A stretch of 64,000 nt of DNA from Octopus vulgaris (Eukaryota): the NCBI GenBank assembly GCA_951406725.2, contig OX597825.1:84568001-84632000 (forward strand), read 5' to 3'. The notes beneath the pieces were generated by a model, which worked only from the letters and a program-made list of their open reading frames with translations, searched no databases and had not been told where the DNA came from. The position numbers and the translations under genes are program-made. This document shows, piece after piece, positions 58,962 to 64,000 of the stretch; position 1 is the stretch's first letter; each line of letters opens with the position of its first letter.

Positions 58962-59015
58962 GGAAAGCACTCATGTGGGAGAGCACACATGTGGGAAAGC
59001 ACACATGTGGGAAAG
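58962..59015. repeat. 16-bp tandem repeat, ~3.4 copies (AAGCACACATGTGGGA)
   Basis: GTGGGA recurs at 58975, 58991, 59007. Confidence 0.85.
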
Positions 59016-59262
59016 AAATATTATGACCTAATTCTTATATGAGAAAGCCGTATTCCTTTCTCTTGGGGCACATAGCATAATACTTGCTGACTAAGCCTGA
59101 CAGACGAATTCACAGAGCTTCTCATATTTTAGAAGGATATGAAAAGTGGGATGTTCAGCGGTTCATGCGTTCATTTTAATTAATCGATTTTCATTAATTA
59201 ATTGACTTTCATTTTTAGTCTACTAATTACAATCTTTCCCTTTATAACTTAATATTATATTT

Positions 59263-59447
59263 ATCTTTTACTTGTTTCAGTCACTCCTTTCCAGAATTTT
59301 TAGTCGAATGAATTGCACCCCCCCCCCCGAAGTTCATTTTCTTTATCCCGCTACCTTTGCCGAACCGCTAGATTACTGGGACATAAACAGGCCAACACCA
59401 GTTGTCAAGCGATCGCGGGAGGCAAACACAAACACACAAACATTAAT

Positions 59448-59482
<35 letters not shown>

Positions 59483-59620
59483 TATAAGCATATACAGTTT
59501 TTGCCTACCAAATCCACTTACAAGGCTTTTGTCGACCCGAGGTCATAACAGAAGACATTTGCGCAAGGTGTCACTCAGGGAGACTGAACCCAGACCCTTG
59601 TGACTAGGAAGCAAATTTCT
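59263..59620 (-). mobile_element. SINE family B, degenerate
   Basis: CTTTTACTTGTTTCAGTCA..GCCGAACCGCTA..AAATCCACTTACAAGGCTTT..CAAGGTG..GACTGAACCC. Confidence 0.65.
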
Positions 59621-59967
59621 AACCCTAAAACTAAGCCTTTAAGAGTGAAAAAATTTGAAAGCCACGTTTCTGGTTTCTCCTCATATAAAGCAAATATTGA
59701 CAACTTGTAATAAAATTATATTGGGTTCAAACCGAAAACCAAAATCTTTACTTGGCTCATTTATATAAAATAACTAAACCATCCTAACAGTCATTCTATT
59801 ATGCCTCAGGCTCGATTAGCTCAACTTACAATAACGAAGGAAAGGAGTTATTCACTTCGCCTTTGTATTGATTTCTGACAATTCTAGTATTACCGCCGTT
59901 TTAATTCTCATTAGTAACATTTAGCACATAGGCATTGAGGGAAATATTATAACACTGATACTGCTAG

Positions 59968-60313
59968 TAATAATAATAATAATAATAATGATAATCAGAA
60001 GAAGAAGAAGAAGAAGAAGAAGAAGAAGAAGAAGAAGAAGAAGAAGAAGAAGAAGAAAAAGAAGGCGACGACGACGACGAAGAAGAAGAAGAAGAAGGAG
60101 AAGAAGGAGAAGAAGGAGAAGAAGGAGAAGAAGAAGAAGAAGAAAAAGAAAAAGAAGGCGACGACGACGATGACGACGACGACGACGAAGAAGAAGAAGA
60201 AGGAGAAGAAGGAGAAGAAGGAGAAGAAGAAGAAGAAGAAAAAGAAGGCGACGACGATGACGACGACGACGACGACGAAGAAGAAGAAGAAGAAGAAGAA
60301 GAAGAAGAAGAAG

Positions 60314-60344
<31 letters not shown>

Positions 60345-60521
60345 TCAGTAATTTTGTTTCTTTAGGGTGGGAGTCGATTACATCGACCCCAGTGTTCAAA
60401 TGGTTCTTATTTTTTATCGGCCCCGACAGGATGAAAGGCAAAATCAATCTAGGCGGAATTTGAACCCAAAGCGTAAAAATGGAGGAAATGCCGTTAACGA
60501 ATATGCCACCTCGCCGCCTTA

Positions 60522-60613
<92 letters not shown>
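59968..60613. repeat. (AAG/GAC)n and (AAT)n arrays surrounding a SINE
   Basis: Directly visible. Confidence 0.9.
60365..60520 (-). mobile_element. SINE family A (internally deleted)
   Basis: GTCGATTACATCGACCCCAGTG...GGATGAAAGGCAAA...GGCGGAATTTGAAC. Confidence 0.65.
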
Positions 60614-60614
<1 letters not shown>

Positions 60615-60909
60615 TATGATATTAAAATTAAATTAATGGTTCTAATACAGTGTATTATCTATTCTACACAAAAGGTCAATTAAGCTAAATTATATGGTTT
60701 TAATCAAAAAATTAATTGTTCTTGTTCGCAATGTTTTCTACCCATAATTGGAGAAAAATTTAATAACACATTTAAAGAATTGAGGCATTGTTAAAACAAT
60801 TTGTCTATAGAATTTGGTGAAAAGTTAGAAATGGTATAAACAAGAAGGATATAGATTCTTGGAGCTTTGGCTTTTATTTCCTTTGTATTTTGTTTTCATC
60901 GAATAAATA

Positions 60910-61545
60910 TATGCCAGAAATGCGAATACAAAAGATGTGGCAAGATGATACATAGAGAGCTTTGTCGAAATCACAGTCTACAAAGAGCAAAGACGTGGTA
61001 TAAGAAAACTCCAGGAGTTAACGAAATGAAAACTGCAAACTCCTGTGGGATGCAATGATCCAGTGAGATCACCAGACCAGACATCGGAAACGGACATTGT
61101 TGTAGTGAATAAAAAAGACTGAACGTGTATGATAATCAAAATAGCATGGCGCAGTGAAAAGATCAATGCAGAAGAAGAGGAAAAAATAAACAACGATGAC
61201 GATTTCAAGTGGGAAATACGAAGGCTGTGGTCAATGAAGAGAGTAGACGTGACGCCAGTAGTAATTGTTGTATTTGGAAGTATCAGCATTCAACTACCAA
61301 CATGGGTGAAAAAGATTGGTGCAAATGTGAAGGTAGAACACCTACAAAAATCAGCCTTGCTTGGAACTGGAAGATTTCTTTGCAGGATTCTTGAAGCATG
61401 ACCGGTAATCAAGCGTCACCTTAGTCTGCTGGCTGTGGACAGCTGGCACTTTCCATCATACCCAGCAAAATAAGCTGAGATATTTCATATAATAATAATA
61501 ATAATAATAACAACAACAACAACAATAATAATAATAATAATAATG
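60910..61545 (+). mobile_element. 3' end of an R4/Dong-like (RLE endonuclease) non-LTR retrotransposon with (TAA)n tail
   Basis: Frameshifted reading ..IHRELC..WY..KLLWD..DIVVVNKK..MIIKIA..EEEEK..KWEIRRLW..PVVI..G..LQKSALLGTGRFL; short 3' UTR then (TAA/CAA)n. Confidence 0.75.
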
Positions 61546-61547
61546 AA

Positions 61548-62089
61548 TGCCCTGATGCAGTACCAGGCAGTGGCTCTCATGGCTTCTGATCTTAACTGAT
61601 TGGAAGTGTTATCATGTAAATTGTTTTGTCTTGGTACAAAAGATGGGCTACAGCAAATGTTCTGCTCAGTACCAAAGATTTACCTGTCACTTGTTTGATC
61701 TTAACCAGATGAGTATGTCCAGTAGTGACTGAAGATGTGTGCACCTCTGATCACGAGCAGAAATAGCGGGGAAACATCATAGCCATGTGTTGAGAGGAAT
61801 TCTGTGGGATTTTAATAATTCACCTCTGGAAACATGGGCGTTTCGTTCAACATCATTAAACAACCCTTATTCAGGGACCATTCGAGTGGGATGGGCTGCT
61901 CGACCTGATGGAAATTATAACTGGGCCCCAACCTGTAAGGTCATGCGCTGTTTATCTTGATATGAGATTACCATGTAGTTCACATGTAGTCATGATGCAT
62001 GTGCCGAGTGTACCCTTATCAGACGGGTAGTCATGATGGGTATACTGGGCTTCGTATATTTTACTACAGTGACACTTTGATGCCATGAC

Positions 62090-62090
<1 letters not shown>
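61548..62090. mobile_element. Unclassified interspersed repeat between two trinucleotide arrays
   Basis: Higher-complexity ~540 bp block bounded by (TAA)n and (TAG)n; recalled as a common cephalopod repeat, single copy here. Confidence 0.35.
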
Positions 62091-62409
<319 letters not shown>

Positions 62410-62726
62410 GCACTGTGCTGAATAATATGTGACAATTATTGTATTTTGAACATCAATGGCAATGAGGAAGTCCAACTGCGATTTTTCAATTGAGACGTTT
62501 ACACAAAGTTTTTTATTGTGATTTCCCATTGTGAAATAATCTTAATGCTCCTCCATTATTTCCGTTTGAGATATTAGAAAATCAGACAATAATATCATAA
62601 TTTCTTTTCATAAAGACTACAAGACAATAGTAACAATATTAATATATCCAAAACGAAGAATGGGGATGAAATTTCATTGGGAATTCGTCTATTGTTTATG
62701 CGGATGTCGCGTACTTGTGTGATTGC

Positions 62727-62777
<51 letters not shown>

Positions 62778-62801
62778 CAAACATACATATATATATATAT
62801 A

Positions 62802-62845
<44 letters not shown>

Positions 62846-63015
62846 TACATATATATATATATCATACATGTACACATGTGTGTATATATAGATGCATACA
62901 CATATATAGATATACATATAAATATCCATATACGTATATGAATATATATATATACATGTATATATATATATATACATACGTATATACATATATATATATA
63001 CATACACACACACAT

Positions 63016-63066
<51 letters not shown>

Positions 63067-63405
63067 GATATATAAACGTGCATACACATGTAAATATGTA
63101 CGCATGCGTATATATATCCATGCTTACCATGTTTACGCTAACGAAAGAAAAATGTGTTTGGTGCAGAAAAAGAAGAGTTCATTGTGATAAAAAAAACAAA
63201 AACATTAGCCATGAAGTTTTTTCAAAGATCTATAGCACATGAGTTGCGTTACCACTTATTCAAAGCATCATTTTATTTCTTATTCCGTTTTTGTAAACAT
63301 GGACTTTTCTTTTCTCGGAAAATGTGGCAACACGACACTAGCTGTAAACAGCTCGAAACAATAACCAATCCGCCTACCTAGTTGACACCATCTTTATCAT
63401 TATTC

Positions 63406-63462
<57 letters not shown>

Positions 63463-63479
63463 CAGTAGTAGTAGTAGTT

Positions 63480-63517
<38 letters not shown>

Positions 63518-63732
63518 TCTTGTTATTGATGTCGCTTTTTGGTGTTGCGTTTGTTAAAAATGTGATCTAGATCGACTTTGCCTTTCGTGTTTTCGGTCTC
63601 GATGAAATAAGAAACGGTAACAGCCCTTACTTTTTCAGCACCATCCGGAGTAATCGAGCGACTCCAAGCAGTGCTCTGCCTTTACTGCAGCCCCTATTAA
63701 TATTATTATTGTTGTTGTTGTTGTTGTTATTA

Positions 63733-63780
<48 letters not shown>

Positions 63781-63857
63781 CTATTATTATTATTGCTATT
63801 ATTATTGTTATTATTATCAGTATTATTATTATTATTATTATTGTATTATTATTATTA

Positions 63858-63982
<125 letters not shown>

Positions 63983-64000
63983 CATTATTACTATTATTAT

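Noticed and set aside
58962-59015. CRISPR-like array
   Set aside because: No spacers; eukaryotic context; simple tandem repeat

Overview
AT-rich eukaryotic (animal) non-coding DNA dominated by microsatellites and interspersed repeats. The repeat landscape looks cephalopod (octopus-like); that is inference from recalled repeat families, not a search. I found no convincing host exon, and almost all listed ORFs are simple-repeat artefacts. The centrepiece is a young ~7.9 kb Penelope-like retroelement (PLE) insertion at 23186-31080. It carries a 5'-truncated RT + GIY-YIG ORF on the minus strand, split only by two 1-bp homopolymer deletions. Near-identical ~2.5-2.7 kb inverted arms, built mostly of microsatellite, flank the ORF, and each arm ends in a hammerhead ribozyme (HHR). 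At least six more HHR-like motifs from other short repeat families are scattered across the window, several in small inverted-repeat cassettes next to (TA)n/(CA)n. Also present: several tRNA-derived SINE families (one sharing its 3' tail with a LINE remnant), a complete non-autonomous Helitron plus a Helitron-like insert in one PLE arm, mariner and Tc1-like fragments, and an R4/Dong-like LINE 3' end.
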